From: Owenia fusiformis | Taxonomy: Eukaryota | Reading direction: 5' to 3' | Length of the DNA stretch: 64,000 nt | Assembly: GCA_903813345.2 (NCBI GenBank) | Contig: CAIIXF020000001.1 | Location: 13,640,001-13,704,000, forward strand | Shown here: positions 14,391 through 26,700 of the stretch, one piece after another | Numbering within the stretch: position 1 is the stretch's first letter | Layout: every line of letters begins with the position of its first letter | Translations under genes and position numbers: made by a program | Notes under the pieces: generated by a model | The model's database searches: none | Seen by the model: only the letters and a program-made list of their open reading frames with translations | What the model was told of the DNA's origin: nothing

Positions 14391-15281
14391 CAAGCACAAC
14401 GCAAGTGGAAGAATGGGCGACCAAATATAGTTCTACGATTATGAGCGTGTATTTTTAAATTTGAATGCTTTGAGTACTAAACTTGCTCTTAAATCAATTT
14501 CTTTTGTAATAATATCAAGATGTCACTCCCATCTATTTCTTTATCCATGCTAAAACCCATGGAAAATCGGCCTTGATGACCCAGAAACGCGGATGAATAT
14601 AGACCCTTTGTTATTATAATGACCCAAGCCTTGGGTCAAGAGGGTCAAACTGTCAATCATGCTGTCAATCAAATTTAAAGGGCCTGTGTATCAAGATATG
14701 AACAAATAGAAAAATCTTGAAAAAATTAATTCAATTTCTTCTCAGCTCTAGACGGTTTGAAAAGGTTACTGTGCTAGCATACTCATGTACTTGAGCTTCT
14801 TAGGTTAGATCCCTCCCACTATGTCTATGTCTATGTCAATAATCTGCAAAAGGCTAATAAGCCCATATAAAGCAGATATATAATTCAACAGTGATAGAAT
14901 TTGAATTGAATATAATTTAAAACCTTAACATTTAAAACACAGCACATGTAGATTTGATCAGTAGCCTACCCACGTACCCAGGTACCAAGATTCCAAAGTC
15001 CATAGTTGACAATGTCAATTCTAAGTATCAAATATGCTTGTTGTTTTAGTCTGTCACATAAATGTCATGATTTATAAAATCCAGACCCGAAATGTCTTTA
15101 TTTCCATTCTAGATATATGAGTACTGTTTTAAATTATATTTCTTCATTATATGAAATAAATAGTACCATGGGTACTGGGCTCACAAGGTGCAATGATCTC
15201 AGTTACCGTCTTATTGACAGGCATATTGACTTCAATCTTCAAAACTACGACTGTACATACATAGAACATATGAGAACACTG

Positions 15282-15926
15282 CAGGCTGGACCAAAAAGGG
15301 TAACCCAAACAAATGTTAATAACTCAATCATTTAGCATGGGTTTAAAAGCCCACTTTGCGTATTTTCAACGTTTATGGGCTAAATAAAGACTTACATTTT
15401 AATTTCATAGTATGTCAAATGTATTTTTAAGAATATTATCTTTCATTTGACACCAACAGCAGCTAAAACAGACCACATTAAAGCTCACAATAAATTGTCA
15501 AAATATATTTCCGTTATATATCAAGATTTTATCAATGTCATTGAAAGGTGGCGAAGTCGTTTGTATTACATGATACATTCATTTTTATATGAGTGTCGCC
15601 ATCTTTTAAATCAAGACTAATTTAAAACATGCACTTTGTTTAGCATGTGCATGCGCTACTTATGATCTTTGAACTTCAAATGCTTTTTTCTATGTAGTTA
15701 TTTTTCTTGGTTCAATATTAAAACAAATCAAACTTTGTGTCATATTTGAGTGAATGTGTGAGTAACATGTTTCAATGATTCTTTTTTCTTTTTTCTTCTA
15801 AATTAAGTATAGTGTGCCTTTAATGTTACACTTGACACATTAAAACCTTGATCAAAAATGACTTAAAACCCATGATGCATGCCTGAATTACCAACACTTG
15901 TTTGGGTTACCCTTTTGCTCACCCTG
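15282..15926. mobile_element. Tc1/mariner-like MITE
   Basis: CAGG..AAAAGGGTAACCCAAACAA / TTGTTTGGGTTACCCTTTTGCTCACCCTG|TA. Confidence 0.75.
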
Positions 15927-17826
15927 TATATATACATAGCCAGCCAGCCAATTTTCAAAAAATTCCAGGCTGGGGGTTGTTGAAAAATTGCATTGCTTGT
16001 TGTGGAGATAAGCTATGCTTATGCTGTATACATTCACATTTTTAAACAACTGTTAAATCCTTGTGTAACATAAACTACTGGGTATTGACAAAACAAAATT
16101 ATATTAAAACAAAAGTGAGTCTTAATTGTTTGTTAGGGGCCTGGATGCTTAATCATTATTCACATGATAAAAGTTAACAAAGTTCAGATATATGATCTAG
16201 AATATAATAGCATTGTTTTGAGTTTTCAATATCCATGATTTTGTGAAAAATCTAGTTATGCTCGCTCGACCAAAATGAGATGAGAAATTTACATACTCTG
16301 ATTTTTTTTAAGATCAGTGTTATTGACATTTTTATCATAATATCACCTTTATGGAATGGGGGTACATAGACTTGATGTGACTAAGATAGAATTTGAAACA
16401 CATTGCATAATGTTCATGTTTGGAGATAAAAGGCAATAAAAAGGATAGGTATCGATATGGTGAATTCAACAATGTTTTTCTCTTAAAGGGTTCCGATAAG
16501 CTTCCCGTATAAAAACAATATGGCGGCTCCTGGATCAGTCCATTTTTAAGAAATAAGGGGAGTTCTGTAAAATCCAGTTTAAATTGTCTTTGAGATAAAG
16601 TAATCCGTTTATAATGATTTTGAAAACATTATCCATAGAGTGATTGCGTTCAAAGAATATGTACAACAGCCAATATAAATCCTTGTATTAGAACTGCTTT
16701 GTTTCATTTGTAGGATATTTCATATGCCAAGCTGTGTGCTATTACGTTATGGGGAAATTTAGATGTCAATTTTTCCTTACTATACACAAATAGAAGATCC
16801 TGAAACTTCACCCATAAATGTGGAATTGATTTGTCAAAATAAAAATCACCCTTTTATAAATGTGTGACGATCTATAATATACTTATGCTATATAACAGTT
16901 AGAGGTGTTGACACAACGACCTCGAGCCTGTGAACCCTTGAGTATTATTCCGGGATCGGGCCTTTTATACTAAACGGTGAGCAACACCAGAAACGAGCGT
17001 TCGATTTGCTAAACGATATGCGTCACCCTTTAAACCAATTATTGAAAACATTCTGTAAAAAAAACGGTCCTTATGTAATGTTGTCTGATTGACAACAGTT
17101 TAATGCGAAAATTATTTATATAATTGTTTTTGTTAACATTTTTTGGGGGGTTCGGAAAGATGTTTCATTTCATTCCAAACATATGATACCAAGAACAAAA
17201 GAAGTGTCTGATGTGTTTTCTAAAAGTATATATATTTTTTCAAATTATATTGTTATCATTCAAAATATGACCATTAAAAAATGTAAAATTTTTAGAATTT
17301 TTTGATGACTGGTTTAAGAGAAACGTGTGTTCAAAAAGTTCACCATATCGATATCAATCCTTTGATAGCCATCACACTTTTTACACTACCCTTCAAAAGT
17401 TTGGCAACATGTTCCATATCTTTAGGAACTACATGTTAAAGCCTGTTGCATTGATTCATTTTGAGTTACTCTTGTACATCAATGGCAAACTAAACTTGGG
17501 TACATAAATATGCTTTAAAATTAATAATGAGATATAGCTAAATATGACCAAACTTTAACAGGTAATTTAGGGTGGTCAGAATTCTCAAGTGTGTGGAAAC
17601 ATTGTAGTATCAAAAAATGAAGTGAATATTCAGAAAATGGTGAGTGTGGCTATTAATTAAAATTAAGATGTATATAAAAAAATATTTTCAATGATAATTC
17701 ACATTTAACTTATCATTTGCATTTGTTTCTAAAAGAGTGCTGAAATGTTTATAACTAGCCTCTGTGGTCATTAGTCTGGGTACATTCAACCTAATGCAAA
17801 TAGGAGGGGTGTCAACTACCAGACAG

Positions 17827-18674
17827 AAAAGGCATTAATATGACAAAATGTCACCATCTAGTTGCTCACAATATAATTAGTTCAAACTTAAGTCACATAT
17901 GAAGTTCTGAGAAATCTGTTGGCGATTTTGAAAAAAGGGTCAATTTGAAACAAGTTGGACCCTGAGAAGGTCATTGAAGGTGAAATCTCAAATCTACAGT
18001 CAGATTTGAAATTCTGAGAACTTGAAAAATGATTTTGAAAAAAAATTGGTCAATTTGAAGCAAGTTGAAAAAAGACCCTTTTGACCTTGAGAAGGTCAAA
18101 TCTTTTTTGACCTTGAAAATGTCATTGAAAACTATATTCAGCTTTGAATATTTGAAAACTTGTAGATGAAAACAAAATTGTTCAATTTGAAGCAAGTTGA
18201 AAAAAAATACCTTTTTTGACCTTAAAAAGTTCAAATCTTAATTCTAGAGTCAGCTTTGAACTTCTGAAAACTTGAAGGTAATTTTGAAAACAAAATTGGT
18301 CAATTTGAAGCAAGTTGAAAAAATACCTTTTTGACCTTAAAAAGTTCAAATCTTAATTCTAGAGTCAGATTTGAACTTCTGAAAACTTAAATGTGATTTT
18401 GAAAATAAATTGGTCAATTTGAAAAAATACTTTTTTAACCTTTTTTGACCTTGAAAGGTCATTGAAGGTCAAATCTTAATTTTAGATTCAGATTTGAACT
18501 TTTGAAAACTTGTAGATGATTTTGAAAAAATTGAAGTCAGTCTAAACTGTATTTGTCAAGTTATTGGAAGTTGTAAGAAATCGTTACAGACACCAATCGC
18601 CAACCACCAACCGCCATCACAAAAAAATGGAGACCATAATAATATGTCACCAATTTTTGGTGGTGACATAAGTA
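17827..18674. mobile_element. Helentron/HINE-like element with ~115-bp internal tandem repeats
   Basis: One end reads AAGGCATT..AAAATGTCACCA. About 5 internal units, short CCAA/CCG repeats, and a terminal hairpin TATGTCACCA-n8-TGGTGACATA (18643-18670). Short relatives at 25023-25119 and 28545-28673. Confidence 0.7.
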
Positions 18675-19669
18675 ATTTTTTAGACAAATAAGACCAAATA
18701 ACTTGCAAAAAGACGTCACATGGTTTAACCAATGTAAGAAGTTCATAAAAACCTGTATTTCCCCATGATCAAAACAAGACATGACTATCAAGACTAAGTG
18801 GACATTGAGCTTGACTGACAAATATGATTGTTCTTATCATTTGCATTTGTTTCTTAAAAGAGTGCTGAACTGTTTGTAAGCCTCTGTGGTCACTAGTCCG
18901 GGTACATCCACTCTAATGCAAATAGGGGGAGGAGTTCAATGAACATAAAAGTCAAGTAGCAGTTGCAACTGGTGAAAAGTAAAATATTAAAAAATTGCGT
19001 AATGAGCACCAAAATTGAAATATCTACTTAGAAAATTTTGCAGTTTACAACCAATTAATTTTTTACAAGATTCATCAGACCCTTTAAAATATAGATTGCA
19101 ACTGATGCCATCTAGAACACAAGTTCACAAATTCACAGTGGGAATTGTAGTGGGTTTGATCCCCATGAGGTTGGACAGACTTTTTCACAGCACTTGGCGT
19201 AGAATTTCACTGTTTTCATTAATTTTCAGAGAAGGTGGTGTCCAAGTTTATCGACTATCATTATGAGTAAAGATCAAGGTAATTAAGAGCAATCTACCCC
19301 CCTCCCTAACAGTTGGTGTAATTCTCTATTGCCTAACCATTTAAGGGAATACACTTTACGGTACTTAAATATGGGAACTGTAACAATGTCACAACACAAC
19401 CAACAATAATATGATATTTTCACAATTGGTGATATATTTTAAACCATATAAATACATAATATACATACATGACTAATAGATTATGTACATAAATAATACC
19501 CTTTCATATATACAAGAAGTACCATGAGACTAATTTCTGTTTTTCTGATTCCAATTTCATTGTTTCTGTAAATCAAATAATATTGTACCAACAGGCAGTG
19601 ATAGTGTTCATCAAGAGTTAATGTGGACTGATGATCCCCACCATTATACAAGTTGCACCAATCAAGAGT

Positions 19670-19955
19670 TGCACAATCCACTATTATTTACACTGACAGC
19701 TCATCCCATCTTACACAGTCGGTTAACCCCTCATTATTTTTTTAAATTGGCAGTCCACCCTTTATTATTTTACATTGGCAGTCCACCCCAGATTATTTTA
19801 CATTGGCAGTCCACCCCAGATTATTTTACATTGGCAGTCCACCCCAGATTATTTTACATTGGCAATACACCCCTCATTATTTTACATTGTACTTTACAGT
19901 CCACTCGTCATTATTTTACAATGGCACTCCACTCCTTAATATTTTACATCAGCAG
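19670..19955. repeat. 28-bp minisatellite (TTATTTTACATTGGCAGTCCACCCCAGA)n
   Basis: About 9 units, near-perfect in the centre and degenerate at the edges; ~0.8 kb downstream of the MTHFR stop. Confidence 0.9.
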
Positions 19956-20779
19956 TCTAACTTTACTGCTGTTTTAATAGCAGCACCACTTAAATTTCGC
20001 AACCAAATTTTGAAACAAATGTAGCGAATCTACAGCACCAAAATTTTTTCAAACTGAATCCAAGAAATACAGATAAACTGTACCTTTTTAGAATCATTTG
20101 AAACTATGAAGTTCTTAATTTTTTTGTGTACCCATTGTAGGTTACATGCATTTAAGTCATACTGGGGAATGATCATTATACATAAAAAGTAGCTTAAATG
20201 TACAAATAGTAACATTCTAGTATTTCCAATTATTTTGGTGGATGAATTTTTTCTAATAATCATTATCGAGAGATTTTAGCGCTATCAGAACTTTAATAAA
20301 GAACTTCAAATGGTTGCTAAAACACAGCCATAAGATATGTTCAAATCCATATTTAAATACCCCAATTTTATATCTTACAATATAGTTTGCTACACACATT
20401 GATCACAATCATATTGATATATAATATTGATAATAATAGCAGCATTTGCTAAAGCAAACACTTCAACAATAATAGGTGTTCTTACCAAGACAGGAATAAA
20501 AGTATAAATAATGTACATTTAATTAAACCCAGTGACAAACACTTGTTTCTTAACAAACATTTGTTGATTTTGACTCATCCAGGAAAAAACTTAAATACAA
20601 TAAAGTTAATGTTTGTTTTACATTTTGTCATCTTATACTGCCGTTTGCAGTAAATATAAAATGTCTCATCTCAGTTAATATGTAAGTACCCTGCTAATTT
20701 AGGACCAGTTTATGTACAGTCACATTTGTTTCCTATATCGTTTCCCTGCTTGACTGCTCTATGATATGTGCGGATGTAT

Positions 20780-23700
20780 TTATGAGGAGCTCAGTGACGT
20801 AGTATTTCCCAGTTCCATTGGCTCTCCCTCTGAAAGATAATCATTCCACAAAGTGTTATTAATGGTGGTCAAAAATTTTTTGAATCGTTTCAAATATTTT
20901 TTATTCCACTTAGATCTCTAAATTGGACCAATGTGGGAGTTAAATTCCCCATAATCATTGGCTCCCAAAGATGTGATTGGTTCCTCATTAATGATGAGGG
21001 TCAATTCAACAATGAAGGTCAACTCAAATGAGCAAAGACATTATGCACATAAAAATTGTAGGAAATTCAAAATCTTGAAATTAGCCAATTGACATTTAAA
21101 AGTTTTGAGAAAATTCTAATGCATATAGTGTATAACTAATTTTACTGCACATTTCAAGTAAATAATGCACGGTAATCCATCTTACCTCCATGACTAGATA
21201 CTGGCAATGTTTTGTGACTTCTCTCCGCCTCAATGAACATCTCATCCACTACATCCCAGAGGCAACTTTCAAGTGGAAATTCATTGTCCACTAGATTCAC
21301 TAGGTAGTAATTGTCGTGTATAAAGTCTATGGTTTTGCGAGACACTGAATCATCAGGGTAAATATGACCCCAGCTTTCTTGCCAAAGACCAAAAGCTTCA
21401 TCCTGAAAAACCACAAAGATGGTCAAAATAAATTACATTATATTCTTCCACCTAACAAATTTCAACCGAAACATTTTTTCTCGGTAAAATATCACAAGTT
21501 ATATTTTATATAACAGTTCCAAAACTCTGTCTATAATTTCTAATTTCTCAAGTAAAGAGGAAATGCCCCACAATTCATAGAGGTAAGATAAGTCCACCTA
21601 TGAATTCTGGGGTATTCCCTCCTCTTCAACAAGCTCTATGTACCCACCTTCCAGTGTTTGAAGGCTATTGGATCAACTACTGTTGGCTGAATGATCTCCC
21701 TACCAGGGAAAACTCCCCATGTGACAGCTATAGGCTCCATTGAATCACAGTTGGAGTAGTCCTCTTCACCCTATTAACCATAAAAATAGATTGAATATAA
21801 AAATAGATTGAATATGAATACTATATATTATATATGTGCAATAAAAATATTTATTTATACCAAAAAGTAAGGCACTGACAGTGTTATTTAGTTTGATCTG
21901 ACGAGTGTTAATTCTTACCCATATAAAATATATGAATAGAGCGGGTGTACCAATCAATTTGAATTCTGTCAGGATCAGTGGTATAATAAAAAAAAAAAAC
22001 ATCCACATGTATATTCATAATAATGATGAATCAAAAGTCTGATACTATTAGTACATCCTAAAGTCTTTATCTTTAGGATAGAGAAAAAAGAGGATTATAA
22101 AGTAAGAATAAGAAAAAGCTTAGACAAGAGTAGTAGGCCTAGACATGCAAATTAATTAGTAAAGAAATAGTAAGAAGCCATTGCCAGTGTTTACCTTATT
22201 CAACAAATGCAATTTCTGAGTTGAGCCAAAGTTTGTTATTTCATCGCTCCCCTGTTCAAAACCAAAGGAGAGATATGTTAACTACACGTACATGCAATCA
22301 AGAGTGCAAGAGTAGATAAAGCCAAAGCCAAAGATAAAGAAAATCATAATGCTCAGATTATAGGTTTAAGAATGAATAGGGTGCTTTTGCTATTAGTATA
22401 AGGCATGCAACTTTGAAAGTTAGGACTAATCAAGTCTTATTAGTAAAGATGTCAGGAAAAGAAGCAATGTCAAGCCATATTAGCTGCATTGTTAAAGATA
22501 TGAAGGATTAAACTTGGTCTCGTCAAAATTCAGAACATCCTGCACCTTTCACCATCAATAAACTTTAACACAAACCTTTTCTTTTGAACAATAAAGCATA
22601 TAAATCAACTTCTATAATTATAAGCACTTGCCATGCTTAATATATTTACAGAAATCGTAAAATTGTAATCATTTGTACTAAGGTCTATTGATGCTTCAAG
22701 TTATAGGTTGTTTTTTTCAATTTAGGCATGTCTAAGACCAGAATTAAGCACTGCGTAATGTAAAAGACACATATACATACATTGTTGTTTATAATGTGGT
22801 AGTTAACTCGATCAGAATATTTCTGCAAGACTGTCTTCAGGGCATCAACATTCTCTCTGGGAGTGAAAAACTCTAAATATGCCTGGAAATATGTTCAACT
22901 ACATGTAGTTATGTCTAATTCATGTATGTAACGCATAAATAAATTTAAAAAATAATTATTTTATTTCAAAGATGTCTTATAAAGCTACTGATATCAGAAA
23001 TCTACAAAAAACAACATGTGAACTGATAATATCTGAAAATCACTTTTAAACTAACCTTCTGGAAGATGTATCCATTTTTGTTCCCCCAGCCCAGGGCAGG
23101 ATCACTTGATGACACTGCATTGCAATTTGGTTGTGAATTGATTGTTAGAGCACCACGTCTATTGATATCTGCAAGCCTATCCTTAATCAAACCAGTCTCT
23201 GGGGATAACAGATCATCATTCCATGGTAATGATGTCACCTTAAATTCATGTCAAAATGATTATAGCCTGATGGAGTAAGGAATTTACTTAGAATGTCTTG
23301 TATTGATTGCTCCAAAAACTAAATCATGTCATGACAATTCAAAATACTGCAAATAGCGTTAATTAGGTGATGTCAATAGTCAGTTTACAATGTGATATTT
23401 TATCCTATAGATTTTTATTTGAAATTGAATCAAACCAATTTACAACAAACCCTAGAAATAGTATATGTTGTATGACTACCTTTGTGCCCTGAGCATTGTC
23501 CTCCCCAGTGATGTACTTGTGGAAAATATCCCAAACATCCTGTTCAGTCTGTAACTCTTGTCCCCACATCTTAAGCAGATCCTCTTTGGGAGTTTTAGAT
23601 TTTAAATAGAACAAATAATAGTCTGTGATTTCCCCAAATGCTGCCGAAGATGAGTTACCCCATCTGCCATTGGGAAACTCATCCCAGTTAGAAGTCCTGT

Positions 23701-26700
23701 GAATATAACTCTTTGGTCGGGACCTCCAGAATATTGGTCGAACATCTTCCGTACACCGTGTGTGATTGGCAGTTGGTTTCCAGGGAAGCGATCGTCGTGG
23801 TTCCTCGCACCACATACCAAGTCTCTTAAGTATTTCAATCGTGGCGACCTCACGGTTTAATGTATAGAAATGTAAACCATGTACTAGGCCACTATCTAGA
23901 CAAGTCTTACTTAGTTCAACAGCCATATCTATGCCAAAGTTTCTAATAGCTTCATCATTGTCTTTGATTGGGTTGATTGCATCAAGAATTTCTTGAGGGA
24001 CTTCTAAACGGGAAAGTTTCACAATGTGTCGGAGAGATTGGTATGCCTGAAGTGAAGAAATGTTAAGTGTTAATTTACAACAAAAAAATCAAACATGATT
24101 ACTAGATTTAATACTAGATTTCTTGCATTTTAATTCAATTTATCACCAAAATGGCATATGCTGCAATGTAACATCAACTTTTAATGGAAAGTGCATGAGA
24201 TGGCTTATATATAAGGCAGATCTTTTAAACAAAGTAATGCACAATAATAACAGGGGCTCACTACAAACAAAACTTAACAGGTGTTTTTGATTTCTTCAAT
24301 AAAACTCGCAATACCTGAATAGGCAAGATCCCTGGAATGATTGGACATTTGATTCCGATGGCTTGACAGTCTTTTACAAATGACAAGAACGTTTCAGCTT
24401 TGAAAAAGAGTTGGGTAATTATGAAATCTGCTCCAGCGTCAACCTTCTCTTTCAAGTACTTGAGATCATCTTCATAGGAAGTGCAGTCTGGATGTCCGGT
24501 TGGGTAACCTGGAAAATCATGAATTTTGAGACTTATTTCAGTATTATCACTTAAAATGACGCTACTCCTATTTGGTGATATGACCACCTTTTAAGCTGGG
24601 CCTAAGTAAACTTATGGGCCGGTTTTTTAAGATGTTACATCACTTTGCAAACATGTAAACCAGATTTCTCTTTCATCTCAACCTACCTAAAAGTTAGGCT
24701 TTTAATATGAGTATAACCATAGACACAAAAATTGAAGATAATTTAGGTCCAACATTTACATTTCAAAATATATAGATTTTCAAGTTTTTATAACAAAATT
24801 GATGATTGATTTCTTTACCTGCGACGCATATCACAAAATGGTCATCAAACTCTTGTTTGATATGTCTAACCAGATCAGTCGCATAGTTGCATCCACCTTC
24901 AGTCGGGGCCCAATCTTCGTCTTGTGGGGGATCTGGAGTGAAAAGCCATTAAAAACCTTCCGAGTTATTAAGTCCAGTGTTAGTAAATGAGGGGGTTAAG
25001 GACTATGTGTTAGTTTATTTCTAAACAAGGCATTAACATGCAAGATGTCACCACCACCGAACATCAACTGACAAATAGCAACTGCCGAACACTATCTATC
25101 TAGTGGGAGACTATAACAATTTAAAATTGCAGCATGTTCTTGGGATTTATATTTTAAGGAATCACTATTAAATATTTGTATCTACTCACCAAGCAACTCA
25201 TAGTATAATACATGCACAAAAGTAGAGAAAATGTTCTGTGTATTCTAAATTCTCAAACAGCAAAGCTTAGAAACTTAGGTGTATGTTATGTGTATTCTAA
25301 ATTCTCAAACAGCAAAGCTTAGACACTTACCACCTCTCAGTGCTAGAATATTCCTGATTCCCAGATCTTTGGCCTTTTGAAGGAACGCAGTAATGTGTTC
25401 CTTTGTACAATTACAACAGGTCATGTGTAGCATGGTGTCTATGCCACAGTAGTTCAACATAGTTCCAGCTATCATTGTTGAGCTGGTAGGTTTGTTCGAT
25501 GAGGGATCACCCGCTGGATGCCATGTGATGTCACAGAATAGAGGCTGACCTTCGCTCATACGGTCAAATCTGAAAAATACATAAATACAACTCAAAAACA
25601 GAACTAGTCAAAACACCCTTTTATTATTCAATTTTTGTCAAAATACTGGCCTAGGTATATTTATAGAAATATCAGTGATTCAGTTATATACTATTACAAC
25701 CAGAACAACGGCAACGCCAAAGCGTAGCAAATCCCATCGAACAGAAATCATCACTAGCCAAGTTGTCATCAGAAGAAGTATGGCCGACTACTCCCCAAAG
25801 TTTTATTAGACAATGTGGCATGCTTAAAGTATTCACATATCAAATATGAACAAAATCGCTCCACTAATTTACAAGTTATAGTAAAAAACGTAAAAATGGT
25901 GGCCATTTTTCAAAATGGCCGCCTTATACCCAAAGCGTCATTAGACAGTGTGCCATGCTTATAGTATTCACATATAAAATATGAACAAAATCGCTCTCAT
26001 ACTTTGTGAGTTATAGTAAAAAATGTAAAATAACACAAGTAAAAATGGCGGCCATTTTTCAAAATGGCTGCCTACTACCCGAAATGTCATTAGACGTTGT
26101 GCCATGCTTAAAGTTTTCACACACCAAAAACAAAATTTACTACCTATAATGTCATTAGACATTGTGCCATGCTTAAAGTATTCACTTACCAAATATGAAC
26201 AAAATCGCTCCACTACTTTTTGACTTACAGTAAAAAATGTTAAATAACACACGTAAAAATGGCGGCCATTTTTCAAAATGGCCGCCTACTATTCAAAATG
26301 TCATTAGACATTGTGCCATGCTTAAAGTATTCACATACCAAATATGAACAAAATCGCTCCAATACTTTTCGACTTGCAGTAAAAAATGTTAAATAACACA
26401 CGTAAAAATGGCGGCCATTTTTCAAAATGGCCGCCTACTACCCAAAATGTCATTAGACATTGTGCCATGCTTAAAGTATTCACATACCAAATATGAACAA
26501 AATCGCTCCACTACTTTTCAAGTTACAGCAAAAATTGTAAAAATGACGTGCAAAGGCAGCCATTTTTCAAGATGGCTGCCATGTATTTCTTCTATATTTA
26601 CATTTCTAGCTTACATTACATTAAAAACATATTGCTATTACAGTTTTATATGCAGTACCTAAATTACTGTAAAATCGGCACTAAAATGGCCGCCATTTCT

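Noticed and set aside
16440-17365. Inverted TATCGATATGGTGAA / TTCACCATATCGATA pair
   Set aside because: Probably an old foldback element, but the boundaries and TSD could not be defined.
19621-20024. ORFs and a CRISPR-like periodicity
   Set aside because: Head-to-tail 28-bp units with no unique spacers, no cas genes and a eukaryotic context.
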